NCBI GenBank assembly: GCA_964016885.1
Contig: OZ024744.1
Coordinates: 93,434,001 to 93,498,000 of the forward strand
From: Eledone cirrhosa
Taxonomy: Eukaryota
Length of the DNA stretch: 64,000 nucleotides
Direction: 5' to 3'
Position numbers and translations under genes: made by a program
Notes under the pieces: generated by a model
What the model was told of the DNA's origin: nothing
The model's input: only the letters and a program-made list of their open reading frames with translations
The model's database searches: none
Shown: positions 25,844 through 38,639 of the stretch, one piece after another
Numbering within the stretch: the stretch's first letter is position 1
Layout: the number at the start of each line of letters is the position of its first letter

Positions 25844-27138
25844 AGCCAACCAGCCAGCCAGCCAGCCAACCAACCAGCCAGTCAACGAACCAGCCAGCAA
25901 ACAAACCAGCCAACCAACCAGCCAGCATACAAACCAGCCAACCAACCAGCCAGTACACCAACCAGCCAACCGACCAGCCAGTACACCAACCAGTCAACCA
26001 ACCAGCTAGCAAACTAACCAGCCAGCCAACCAACCAGCCAGTAAACTAACCAGCCAACCAGACAACCAGCCAACCAGCCAGCCAGCTAAACAGCCAACCA
26101 ACGAACCAGCCAACCAACCAGCCAACCAGCCAGCCAACGAACCAGCCAGCCAACCAGCCAACCAACCAACCAGCCAGCAAACAAACCAGCCAACCAACCA
26201 GCCAGCAAACTAACCAGCCAACCAACCAGCCAGCAAACAAACCAGCCAACCAACCAGCCAGCAAACCAACCAGCCAACCAACCAGCCAGCAAACAAACCA
26301 GCCAACCAACCAGCCAACCAACCAGCCAGCAAACAAACCAGCCAACCAGCCAGCAAACCAACCAGCCAACCAACCAGCCAGCAAACAAACCAGCCAACCA
26401 ACCAGCCAGCAAACCAACCAGCCAACCAACCAGCCAGCAAACAAACCAGCCAACCAACCAGCCAGCAAACCAACCAGCCAACCAACCAGCCAGCAAACAA
26501 ACCAGCCAACCAACCAGCCAGAAAACCAACCAGCCAACCAACCAGCCAGCAAACCAACCAGCTAACCAACCAGCCAGCAAACAAACCAGCCAACCAACCA
26601 GCCAGAAAATCAACCAGCCAACCAACCAGCCAGCAAACTAACCAGCCAACCAACCAGCCAGCAAACAAACCAGCCAACCAACCAGCCAGAAAATCAACCA
26701 GCCAACCAACCAGCCAGCAAACAAACCAGCCAACCAACCAGCCAGCAAACTTACCAGCCAACCAACCAGCCAGCAAACCAACCAGCCAACCAACCAGCCA
26801 GCAAACTAACCAGCCACCAGCCAGCCAGCAAACTAACCAGCCAACCAACCAGCCAACCAACCAGCCAACCAACCAGCCAACCAACCAGCCAGCCAACCAA
26901 CCAGCCAACCAACCAGCTAGCAAACAAACCAGCCAGCCAACTAATCAGCCATCCCGCCAGCCAGCCAGCCAGCCTGTCAGCAAGCCATCATGTCAACCAG
27001 CCAACCAGCCTACCAATCAACCAACCAACCAACCAACCAACCAACCAACCAACTAACCAACTAACCAACCAACCAACCAACCAACCAACCAACCAACCAA
27101 CCAACTATCCAACCAACCAAGTAACCAGCCAGCCACCC
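25844..27138. repeat. (CCAA/CCAG)n tetranucleotide array with ~28-bp higher unit
   Basis: Directly visible; abuts the 54-bp array. Confidence 0.95.
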
Positions 27139-27649
27139 ATCTCGCCAGATCGCTCTTGTTGATTCACAAACAAGACAACATTGAAAGAAACAGTTAATAC
27201 ACACATCAGTACAACAATCCCCTCCTCTCACCCATACACCCATCTACCCCCCCCCCCCCCCACACACACACACTTACCCACCCACCACAAAAAAAAAAAT
27301 GTCTACCACAGAATGACATGAAAATTAATGGTGGGAAAGGAGTAGAGAGTTTCTTGCTTTTGTTGTTGTTTTTGTTGTTTTTGATTTTCTTTCAGGAATT
27401 AAGCAAGGTAATGTTACAGGTCAAAGGTAAACAGGAAACGAAGAAGATATTTGTGAAATGGAATAGGGGGGGGGGGGAGGTCAACATGGAAGAGGAATTC
27501 AAGAGGGAGAATGTTGGAGCCAAAGAGTGAGCCTCTATAAGGTTTCTCAGTGTGCTAGGAGTAGCAGCCAAATCTCCCTCAAATCAAATCCAATGAAAGC
27601 CTGACAGTCTTGAAAAATAGGTGCTTTCTTCTTCTTCTTCTTCTTCTTT

Positions 27650-27680
<31 letters not shown>

Positions 27681-27716
27681 CCATCAACATCATCATCAGC
27701 ACCACCACCACCACCG

Positions 27717-28268
27717 CCGAGCATTATAATAAATGTTCAGTGAATCCATACGTACATATATATATATGTGTGCATGTATGTATATATATATATACATACT
27801 ACTGTACGTCTGTAGACATATATGTATGTACGTGTACATACTTATATTTAAGTAACAGCCGTACTAAGAGTGGGAAATGAAATTTCGTTTCATTTTTTCC
27901 GTTTATCGTTTTCGGTGCACCCGGCCGATTAACCCACTCGATATGCAAATTGGGCTAATCAGCCGTTAATATGCATAAGGTAAGTATATACGTTCAACAA
28001 TCTGGCAGGAAGGTATACGTTGCTGACGATAGCTAATAAGCTTGAAACTAGTACAGCGTTCCTTTGTCAGTGTTGAACAAATGAGCAACGACAGTTGCTG
28101 GACACTATGGCTTAATACGGGATGTTTGTTTACAAACACACCGAGCATTATAATAAATGTTCGGTGAATCCATACATGCAGATATATATGTGTGCATGTA
28201 TGTATATATATATATACATACTACTGTACGTCTGTATACATATATGTATGTACGTGTACATACTTATA
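27717..28268. repeat. Dispersed unclassified repeat with two ~130-bp direct copies
   Basis: CCGAGCATTATAATAAATGTTC...CATACTTAT at ~27717 and 28141. The same family occurs at 43565-43918. Confidence 0.7.
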
Positions 28269-28392
28269 CTTCCATATATATATATAACCAAATTAAAAGA
28301 TATAAGAAAGAGAGAGAGAGTGTGTATGTGTCATACTGGGTATTCAATGCTTTTTTTCACCTTCATTCTACCACACACGCACATGGTCCCAC

Positions 28393-28575
<183 letters not shown>

Positions 28576-28866
28576 ATATATATATTTCTATGAAGAAATC
28601 TCCGACAAATAACCGAAAGCAGCCCTTCGCGGCAGCTGCGACGGAGTATTTATCGAGTATTTCGACAGCGTGTATGAATAGCCCAGATATACAGTCAATC
28701 AAACAGAATTAGGTGTAAAATAAACTAGGAGAAAAGTGAACATATTTATATATATATATGTGTTAGGCAATTCCAAAGAAAAAGCAAAGAAAAAAGAGTG
28801 CTCTATGTATAGAACAGAGCTATTTAATTAGAAAGTGAACAACACAAAATATAACTACTCCATTAT

Positions 28867-29206
28867 GGAGCCACATGGCTTAGTGGTTAGAGCATTGGCC
28901 TTGCAATCGAAAGATTGTGAGTTCAATTCTCAGACCGGGTGATGTGTTGTGTCCTTGAGCAAGACACTTTATTTCACATTGCTCCAGTTTACTCAGCTGT
29001 AGAAATGAGATGGTAGGGACTGGGGTCCATATTATTCCACTGTAAAGTGGTCGTGGAGGTGCCACGGCAAAAAAAGCACCCAGCGCTCACTGTAAATGAG
29101 GTTGGTGTTAGGAAGGGCATCCAGCTGTAGAAATCAAGCCAGAATCAGTTCCCGTCCCACCCTTGCAAGCAGGGAAAAGCGGACAGAAAATGATGATGAT
29201 GATGAT
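28867..29206 (+). mobile_element. SINE family A, full length
   Basis: Near-identical to 22833-23140 and 49579-49909. Confidence 0.88.
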
Positions 29207-29322
29207 ACCATTGCCGAAAATAAGTAAGTGACATAGTCACTACTTTAAAACTGATAGCGAAACCTACAGTCAAAATGTTTTTAATTAAACATACGGTATA
29301 TTGCCAAATATACTATACATAC

Positions 29323-29381
<59 letters not shown>

Positions 29382-29719
29382 ATAAAACCATATTTATTTT
29401 ATAAAATAAATATGGTTTTATAAATATGGTTTTATAAATATAGTTTCCATTTATTTAATATCATTGTATATTTACTCCAGTAAGCTGTTGAGTGCTCTAA
29501 ATCAGTTATAAACATTTATATTTGTCGGACTTCCAACAAATTAAATACCACTTCTACTTATATATATATATAATAATAAAGATACTATTTATAGTTATGT
29601 ATATATATACTATAAATAACTATAAACAGGAAAGGTCAGTAATTTATTACTACCTTATTACCAGTAAGAAAAATAGCTCAATGTATGAATGTAAGAACAT
29701 CAGGTGTTTTACAGAGCAG

Positions 29720-30384
29720 GTGAACGGCAAAGCATAAACGAACTAAGGGAGAAATTAGGAATAAGAGGGATCAGATGTTGTTTAGTCGAGAGAAGGCTAC
29801 GTTGGTACGGTCACGTGATGCGCATGAAAGACGACAGCTGTATAAAAAAGTGCAGGGCAATAAAAATAAACGGTAGCCACGGAGTAGGCAGACCCAGAAA
29901 AACCAGGGACGACCTGATAAATTCCGACCTCACACACTTACACCTCTCCAAGACAATGTCACAGTAATACAGAAGACCCGCCTTACCTAAGTACAAAGCG
30001 AAACCTACAGTCAGTAGGCGCCTCTAACAAAATACACCTCCGTCCCACTACCCCCACCCCATCCACACCACCTCTTTCAATGTAAAGTTATGTTGGTACC
30101 ACAACATCCAGTCCGAAACAAATGAGGTCGTGTAGGTGTCACGACAAAAAAACACACAGTCCACGATGTAATGTGGCCATGGAGGTAACACGGTAAAAAC
30201 CTCCCAGTTCACACTGTAAACGTGGTTGGTGTTAGGAAGGGCATCCAGCTGTAGAAAACCCGCCAGAGAGTCCTATGCGAGCGAGACAACCACTCTTGTC
30301 TCAAGTGGGAAACCTCCCGTCCAAACCCATGCAAGCGTGGAAGATGGACGTTAAACGATGATGATGATGATGATGATGATGATG
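29720..30384 (+). mobile_element. Composite RTE-derived retroelement (ORF C-terminus + modular 3' region + (GAT)n tail)
   Basis: ORF ...RRLRWYGHVMR...GRPRKT; collinear with 42768-43533 (-) and 49056-49419 (-). Confidence 0.85.
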
Positions 30385-30494
30385 TTTGGCTCTAGATAAA
30401 GTCTATTGAGCATACTTATTGAGAAATACAAAATTCTAAACATATTTCACATGTTTTGATTCATCATTTGTATATATATATATATATATATAAT

Positions 30495-30806
30495 TCGTTT
30501 TTGAATTTGTTTTGTGAGATTTCTTATCTGAAAACGTGTGTTGAAACAGATATTGTTATACTTTGGGAGGGTCATGCTGTCAATAAAAACACACTCACCT
30601 GTTGGTTTTCACTTCAATTTATTATAAGTTTCTGGTTGGTTGGTTGGTTCAATAACCGGAAAGTTGTTTATATATTATCAAAGCTCTTTCATCACAATTT
30701 CTGTGACCTCCTCAGTGACTAGGTTTTTATTTTGTGTCCCTCCTTTGTTCTGTCCTACGCCATCATGTTTTTGTATAAAAACCTAGTCACTGAGGAGGTC
30801 ACAGAA
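30495..30806 (-). mobile_element. Penelope-like terminal repeat with hammerhead-like core and perfect 32-bp fold-back
   Basis: Minus strand GTCA-CTGAGGA-GGTCACAGAAATTGTGAT-GAAA-GAGCTT-TGAT; homologous to 34205-34490. Confidence 0.55.
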
Positions 30807-30974
30807 TGGGAGGCTATGTTGAAAAAGACTTATCCAACCAATGCAAGCATGCAAAAAGATATGTACATGATGATGCTGTTGTTGCTACTGCTGATGATAA
30901 TATACATACATACATAAGCTTCTTCTCCCACCCTCCCAAGTTCCCATCCCACACCATGTTGTGGTACCTATGGA

Positions 30975-31420
30975 TCCACGGCAAAAGTGCCCAGCCCTCA
31001 CTGTATACTGGGCATGTATGTGTCAAGACAAAAGCGCCCAGTATACTCTGTAAAGTGGTCGCGTAGGTATCACAACAAAAAGTAACCAGACAACACAGTA
31101 AAGTGGTTGTGTAGGTATCACAACAAAAAGCACCCAGTCTACACTGTAAAGTGGTCATGTAGGTCTCACAACAAAAAGCACCCAGTCTACACTGTAAAGT
31201 GGTCATGTAGGTCTCACAACAAAAAGCACCCAGTCTACACTGTAAATAGAGCTGGCATTAGGAAGGGCATCCAGCTGTAAAAACCAAGCCAAAATCAGCT
31301 CTGTATAAGCAAGGCATAATCACTTAACTTAGCATTGCTCATAACAGTACAAGTCATCTAACCCATGCTAATGTGGAAGAATGGACGTAAAACAGTGATG
31401 ATGATGATGATGATGATGAT
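30975..31420 (+). repeat. ~48-bp module tandem (~5 copies) followed by SINE/RTE tail
   Basis: CACAACAAAAAGCACCCAGTCTACACTGTAAAGTGGTCATGTAGGTCT, period 48; ends in (GAT)n. Confidence 0.8.
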
Positions 31421-32125
31421 ACATACATAATGGCTGCCCCCTCGTTATCGAGTATGGCTATTGCATCATATACCATTATTAATAATTATTAATTAATTCT
31501 ATCGTGCAATGCCCGAGCGTGAAGATTTTTTTTAAAGTGAGGAAAGACTGTGCACTGAGCCAATCCCACTCTCTGAGCGACAGTAGCTGTAACCCGAAAA
31601 GAAGAAAAGATCAACATCATCGGTAACTATTGAGCCGCAAGTTTTATGTCGGAGTTATCCAAATTTCCTGAGTTGCCTTCTAAAAGAATGCCCTAACAAA
31701 GGCTAAGGGTCTTTCACTCCCAGTGGTTTAACCGTGCGATTGGGTATCCAGCCCAACTATTTCTATGTCCCTGTGCATATACATTCACATGCACACATGC
31801 ATCTATATATATATACACATATACATACATATGTACATATAATCCTTTAATGGAACAGTAAAAATATGTAAAACATTCCAAAAATTTTGCATCTAATAAC
31901 TGCATATACACATGTACAGATACTAAGCATATACACATGCACACATACAACTCAAAACATACACATCCACACATACAATAACATCCATATCTACACATGC
32001 ATGCATGCATGCAGATATGCATACATATCTATCTAGTTGATGTGTAAATTCCAATGAGAGAGTCTTGTGTCTTCTTCTTTTAAGACAACCTCATCTAATG
32101 TGGCTCTTATTATTCAAGACTGTTG

Positions 32126-32261
32126 GGTGGTGGCGGTGGTGGCGGTGGTGGTGGTGGTGGTGGTGGCAGTGGTGGTGGTGGTGATGGCGGTGGTGGTGGT
32201 GGTGGTGGTGCCGATGATGTTGATGGTGATGATGATGATGATGATGATAATAACGATGGTA

Positions 32262-32300
<39 letters not shown>

Positions 32301-32382
32301 AAGAAGAAGAAGAGGAGGAGGGGGAGGGGGGAGGAGGAGGAGGAAGAAGAAGAAGAAGAAGAAGAAGAAGAAGAAGAAGAAG
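32126..32382. repeat. GGT/GAT/GAA/GAG trinucleotide mosaic
   Basis: Directly visible. Confidence 0.93.
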
Positions 32383-32459
32383 ACACAAGACTCTCTATTG
32401 GCAAAGATTTGTGAAATTATAAAACCAGAAGAACATACCTACTTACATATATACATAAT

Positions 32460-32642
32460 TGTTTCTACTTTAGGCACAAGACCAGCAATCACCCAGTGCA
32501 TTACTGGTACTTTATTTTATCGACCCCGTAAGGATGAAAGGCAAAGTCAACCTCGGCGGGATTTGAACTCAGATCGTAAAGGGACGTAACTATGCTGGAA
32601 AGCATGGCGTCCGACCCTCTACCGATACTGCCAATCCACCGC
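32460..32642 (-). mobile_element. SINE family B
   Basis: Reverse complement of GGCGGTGGATTGGCAG...GAGTTCAAATCC...GCCTTTCATCC...GAAACA; ~17-bp TSD TTACATATATACATAAT. Confidence 0.88.
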
Positions 32643-32724
32643 TTACATATATACATAATTACATTCATACATATAAACTTATATAAATAATTACTTACAT
32701 ACATACATACATGTATAGTCTCCA

Positions 32725-32950
32725 AAATGGCTGACTATTTTCTCCACTTCTTTTTCTCATTTTTTTGCCCAATCCTTCCTTTTCTCACTCTTTATCTTTC
32801 TGTTTTATCTTTTATTTCTAACTCTTCTGATGAAGGACTAGTGTCTGAAACATTAAGACTCTTTTTCTGCTATTTCAAGTGTTAAACTAATGTTATTTCT
32901 TCAATGGACTGTGTCATTAGCTTTGTTATTTCTGTTTACTTTTTACATAT
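32725..32950 (+). mobile_element. Penelope-like terminal-repeat fragment
   Basis: Pyrimidine-rich leader, hammerhead core, conserved downstream GTTAAACTAAT; second copy at 22142-22375. Confidence 0.55.
32824..32857 (+). ncRNA. Minimal type-I hammerhead-ribozyme-like motif (probably decayed)
   Basis: CTT-CTGATGA-AGGACTAGTGTCT-GAAA-CATT-AAG. Stem III would be AACGTT before a CpG decay (inference). Confidence 0.5.
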
Positions 32951-34204
32951 ATATATGTGTGTGTGTGTGTGAGTCTATAATTCTGTGTGTGTGTATTTTG
33001 TAAGCATATGCCTATATTCATAATATATATATATATGTATATATATATACACACACGTATATAACTTTTAATGATTATAGTTATGTAAACATTTGCCTGT
33101 TTGTTTTGGTAGCTAGTTCATTCTCCATTATTTTTCTTACCATCACAGCTTTAGTGATTAAATAAAATATGGATTAGGTATGGATGTGCAGTTAAGGATT
33201 TCACTTTGCAACCATACGGTTTTATAGTTGCAATCACACTACAAGCCTTCTGGGACTAAGGGGCTTTTGGAGCTGAAACCCCTCCAATAATATGGAAACT
33301 TGTTGAATGACCTTAAAGTTTTGTTAGTTTAAAAAATTATGTCAGGGATGGTTTAAAATAATTAGTTGCTATATACTTGTGCTTTGGTTTTCACTACACT
33401 GATTTACCATTGACTCTGTAACAGCACTACTTCCTTGGCGTGTATCAATAATCTATCCAGGAGTGATTTGGTTATGTCAGACCAATCGTAAGTCGCGTAT
33501 GGATATGTATCAACTTCTGCAAGTTCAAAGATTTTTCCACTTCTTTTCCACTTCTTTTCCACTTCCAGTCTCATGCTGCTTTTGACTCTGAGAGGTCAAC
33601 ACGCCATTATGCAACGCTGAGATTTTCACTTTGGCCTGTCGGCATCCTTCGGCCCAGTACAGCACCTTTCTTTACTTCTTAAAACTATTAATTTTGTTTG
33701 TTCTTTTGTTTGACATACAACCCAGCTTAACTTTTGTAATCAGTTGTAAATAAAACTTGTAAAATATTGTAAAGTCTTGTAATATTTTTCTACAAAACCT
33801 ACAACTACTTCTAACATTTATCTTTAATACAAACATACTTTTACTTCAACAAACATTCACTTTACGGATAACATTTCTTCTCCCACATGATATACCATTA
33901 CATTTCTCGCTATAACAATTAGCTGAACAACTCCTTGTGTACAACAACAAAATAAACAATAATAATAACTTTTATTCATTTCTTATTAATATTATAATAT
34001 TATTTTTCTGCTAAAACTCTAATTATCTTAGTATGATAATGTTTATAATTTCTTTCTTAGTAAATATTGCTGGTAAAAATATGTGTGAGCTAATAATAAT
34101 ACACATGTACAGTATACATAATTAAGCACCCCACCCAATCTCAAAACTGTAATGGACATGTAACTAACTTCTACTAAAGCTTTCAGCTTTAGTATGTCAG
34201 CCTT

Positions 34205-34490
34205 ATGTCTGTCCTACACCATCTTGTTTTTTTCTGAAAAATCAAGATGGTATAGGAAAGAACAAAAGAGAGACACAAAATAACAAATTAGTCACTGAGG
34301 AGGTTACAGAATGTGTGGTGAAAGAGCTTTGACAACAAATAATTAACCATCTTATTAAAGAAACTAACTGGAAATTTGTGATAAATTGAAGTGAAAACCA
34401 ACAGGCAGGTGTGTTTTTATTGGTAGAATGACCCTCCCAAAGTATATATTTCAACACATGTTTTCAGATAAAAAATCTTTCAAAAGAAAT
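34205..34490 (+). mobile_element. Penelope-like terminal repeat, second copy of the 30495 family, with its own short fold-back
   Basis: GTCA-CTGAGGA...GAAA-GAGCTT-TGAC at ~34291-34333; inverted repeat TCCTACACCATCTTG / CAAGATGGTATAGGA. Confidence 0.5.
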
Positions 34491-35134
34491 ACATAATCGA
34501 AGGGAAGGCAATAGATAAATTTCCCTGATGGTAGGATTTACAGCACCAGTTATAGGAAGGAGAACATATTCTGGGGCCATCTGTTATCTATCAGTAAAAT
34601 AACTAGAAGTCATTATAAATGGTGAATTGGCAGTTTCGGTAGAGGGTCGGACACCATGCTTTGACGCATAGAGTTACGGCCCTTGCCATTCTGAGTTCAA
34701 ATCCTGCTGAGGTTGACTTTGCCTTTCATCCTTACGGGAGTCGATAAAATAAAGTACCAGTAATACACTGGTTAATTGCTGGCCTTGTGCCTAAAGTAGA
34801 AACAATTATAAATAGATTGTCCTGTGATCCTAACTTTACTCAGTCCTCTGCCTCTTTGCCTACACAATACAGCCTGGATATATAATGGTTTACTGCTACA
34901 CCAGTCACACACTGTTGACTACAACTTGTCACTATTATTTTGGTGGATTGGCAGTATCGGTAGAGGGTCGGACGCCATGCTTTGACGCATAGAGTTACGG
35001 CCCTATCCATTCTGAGTTCAAATCCCGCCGAGGTTAACTTTGCCTTTCATCCTTACGGGGTCGATAAAATAAAGTACCAGTAATGTACTGGGTAATTGCT
35101 GGCCTTGTGCCAAAAGTAGAAACAATTATTTTAA

Positions 35135-35355
35135 CCCTTTAGCATTTACATTACAACATATTTGCTATTGTATTTTCATGGTAAAAGATTTACCTCACAT
35201 AATTATCTCACATAATATCAAATCTATGAGATTTTGATGTTATTTATTTTAAGAACAATACCTTAACATAAGTATGAGTGGCCAGTTACAACTGGTTTGA
35301 ACAGAATAAGGTGAGAGAATTTGGGCCTGCTACAGCCAGTTTAAATGCTAAAGTG
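35135..35355 (+). mobile_element. piggyBac-type MITE copy
   Basis: TTAA|CCCTTTAGCATTTA ... TAAATGCTAAAGTG|TTAA. Confidence 0.88.
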
Positions 35356-35853
35356 TTAAGGGAACATCCCATGGTAAATAAAAGATTTGTACACAACACT
35401 GAAGCTTTACTGAATACTATATTCATTAGTGAATGCTTTGCAACAAAGAGTTACGGCCTTTATGGTCTGAGTTCAAAATCCCGCCGAGGTTAACTTTGCC
35501 TTTCATCCTTGCGGGGGTCGATAAAATAAAGTACCAGTAATACACTGGGATAATTGCTGGCCTTGTGCCAAAAGTAGAAACAATTATATTTAAGATTCAA
35601 AGGGTGGTGGATTGGCAGTATTGGTAGAGGGTTGGATGTCATGCTTTGCAGCATAGAGTTATGCCCCCTTGCAGTCTGAGTTCAAATCCTGCCAAGGTTA
35701 ACTTTGCCTTTCATCCTTATGGGGTCAATAAAATAAAGTAGCAGTAATGTATTGGGATAATTGCTGACCTTGTGCCAAAAGTAGAAGCAATTATTTTTAA
35801 GATTCAAAGTAATCATATTTTCCTTTTTTACTGAAGTGAAGTAAAGATATATA

Positions 35854-36030
35854 CAGGTAAAATTCTGTTATAACGAATACCTTTATAACGAATTTTTCAA
35901 TTTTTCAATTCCCGAGGTAATAACAAACAAACGCTTGATTTGTTTTGGTCGATCTCGATATAAAGAATTTTTCGTTACAATGAATTTTTTTTTTATACTC
36001 CATGAATTTCGCTATAATGGAATTTCACTG
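35854..36030. mobile_element. pogo/Tigger-type MITE
   Basis: TA TSD; imperfect TIRs CAGGTAAAATTCTGTTATAACGAA / TTCGCTATAATGGAATTTCACTG. Confidence 0.75.
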
Positions 36031-37717
36031 TATTCAACCAGAATTGCTGGTAATTATTGTATTCATTATTAACATTATCATTAGGGCGGAAAATTGGCAG
36101 TATTGGTAGAAGGGTCAGACATGCTTTCCAGCGTAGTTATGTCCCTTTACGATCTGAGTTCAAATCTCGTCGAGGTTAACTTTGCCTTTCATCCTTTCGG
36201 GGTCGATATAATTAAGTACCAGTCACGAACTGGGGTTAATTTAATCGACTGTCTCCCCCCCCCCCCCCAAAAAAAAAGAAATTACTGGCCTTGTGCCTAT
36301 ATAAGAAACCATTATTTCTTCCACAATAATTGCTTCTACTTTTGGCACAAGGCCAGCAATTACCCAGTATAAAGTACCAGTAATACACTGGGTAATAAAA
36401 GAAGAAACCATTATTTCCTCCACAACAAACAAAACTTCATTACAGTTATACTACACATTCAATACCAAATGCGAGAAAGCTCAATGTATTAATTGCTAAT
36501 GGAAAAAAATACAGAGCAGACAAATTATTTTAATTTAGGTGAAAAACCAAAGATAACACTTCAAATCATTTTATTAATTTCTACGTTCATTTCAATTTTC
36601 ACGAATTAAAATTGTAAAAATATAAAAATAATGATCTGCAGATTAATTAATTAATCTATCAAATCAATAAAAAAAATTGCAATTATATATCACAAAATCT
36701 CATAATAAAATTAATATTAGATTTGTGGAATGCATGTCCCAAAGATACCAAGCCATGATAAAAAAATTATAGATATTAAAAAAGTCTTTTTTAAAAAAAA
36801 CAAATATGTAAGACAGGTCATTAGATGAGTGATCGAATCATCATCATCATCATCTTCACCGTTTAATATCTATTTTTCCATGATTGCATGGGTTAGATGG
36901 GTTGTCCACATTATGAGACAAAACTTTAGCCAGCTGATCATTCTGTACCTTGCTAAAATGGAACTGTATTTTGGCTGGGAATTTTACAGCTGTGTGCCCT
37001 TCCTAACACCAACCACATTTACAGTGTGGAACTGGGTGGCACCATTATGAGGGAGGTCTGGCCGCCTTGCTCATAGTGGGGCCATGTTTGTGATGGGTTT
37101 TATGGCTGCTCGATGCCCTTCTTACCACCAACCACATTTACAATGTGGAACCTTTTACAACATATTTATATATATATATATATATATAAGAGTCTGCGTT
37201 TTCGCTTTGGGACCAGTTTTCCCAATGGACTCAACTCCCATCTCCAATTTTTTAAATCTTACACACATACGCTCATGCTTACTTCTCTACCCCTAGCTGC
37301 TGTCACTTTACCCCATCCATTGTCACACATGCGCATGTGCATTTACCCACTAGGTTCCTATGACTCTGTTTTAGTCAGTAACACACACTCTTACAGCAAA
37401 TACAGACCAACAAAAGACGTACACACACACCTCTATATTTGCCTTCATAGCTCTGTACACACACACACACATTTGCTCACAGTTTCGTACTTACAAACAC
37501 ACACACACACACGCACTCTTATACTTACATATACACACACATACCCTCTTAATTTCTGTCTTTTTAACACTTATTGTTAAGCCAAACACTTTTGCAACAG
37601 AGGAAAGCCAGCTTACAACTTCTTGTGCTTCCCAGAAAGAATTAACTACTAGAGCAGCATCATCTGCAAACAAGAAGTCTAAAAGCATTTTTGTCCTAGT
37701 AAGGGTCTTTTCCTTAA

Positions 37718-37964
37718 CTTGTTGACTGCCGTGTATATTTTACAGTTGCTGTGTTATTAACAACACATATCTGAATAATTGACAAACGTCACATCAATAA
37801 AATTGTAACCCCATCTAACTTTGAACTGTTGGAAATGAGTTCATAACTTTGAAGTTATGAACTGTTGGAAACAAGTTCAAACATGTTAGGATGAGTTATC
37901 TCATCTGTGGCACTGGAATGCATACTTATTAGGACGAGTTACCTTGTCTTTGGCACCGAAGAGG
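37718..37964. mobile_element. Second TTAA-targeting non-autonomous element
   Basis: TTAA on both sides; termini CTTGTTGACTGCC / GGCACCGAAGAGG. Removing it rejoins the host RTE reading toward FADD. Confidence 0.65.
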
Positions 37965-38009
37965 TTAAATCTTTGGTGTTTGAAGAGCCAACACGATGTT
38001 CTAAATGAA

Positions 38010-38227
38010 CCCTTTAGCATTTACAATACTCTATATATACTATTGTATTTTTGTGGTAAAGGCTTTATCTTACATAATTATCTCACATAATATTGAACTT
38101 ACGAGACTTTAATGTTATTTATCTTGAGAAAAATACCTTAACGTCAGTGTGAGTGGCCATTAGATGGTTTGAGCAGAAAGAGGTGAAAGAATTCTGGCCG
38201 GATACGGCTGGTTTAAACGCTAAAGGG
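38010..38227 (+). mobile_element. piggyBac-type MITE copy nested in RTE
   Basis: (TGAA)|CCCTTTAGCATTTA ... TAAACGCTAAAGGG|TTAA. Confidence 0.85.
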
Positions 38228-38403
38228 TTAAAACAAAATACCGTTATTATAGTCTTTGGAGACATACTCTAGCATCAGAGAAAAGTAAATAGAATATAAA
38301 ACAGGGGCAATTATGAATCTCAGCTTTGTCCCATTTTTTCCATGAAGAGGATGTGATGAGATGCCATTTGCTTGCACGTTTTCAAAAAAAGATGTTATAA
38401 TAC

Positions 38404-38639
38404 AGATTTTACGGGCAAAATGGACAGATTTTATGGGCAAAACCAATCAGCAAGAGACTCAGGGGTAGACCCCAAGCAAGATGGTTGGATAAGATCCATG
38501 AGCTTGGCGAGTCATGCTTGGGGATCCAGCTAGATCAATTAGAGATGGTTGCTTCTGACAGGACTCATTGGAAGGAGTGTTTAAGGACTCTGCCCCAATG
38601 ACCTTCTCAGGAATAAGTGGCTGAAGAAGAAGAAGAAAG
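38404..38639 (+). mobile_element. RTE-type LINE 3' fragment with (GAA)n tail
   Basis: RGRPQARWLD...DRTHW translation; ~15-bp TSD AAGATGTTATAATAC. Confidence 0.75.

Larger units (their letters stand above)
34621..36395 (+). mobile_element. Cluster of five head-to-tail family-B SINEs plus one inverted fragment
   Basis: Copies start at ~34621, 34942, 35435, 35603 and 36085; inverted piece at 36327-36395. Confidence 0.85.

Noticed and set aside
24505-25869. Cys/His-rich 'metal-binding' repeat ORF (DCHYC...WCP)
   Set aside because: One of several open frames of the 54-bp minisatellite; broken by stops and lacking splice or start evidence.
33240-34160. Possible DNA-transposon remnant
   Set aside because: No convincing TIR/TSD pair or motif could be established by eye.
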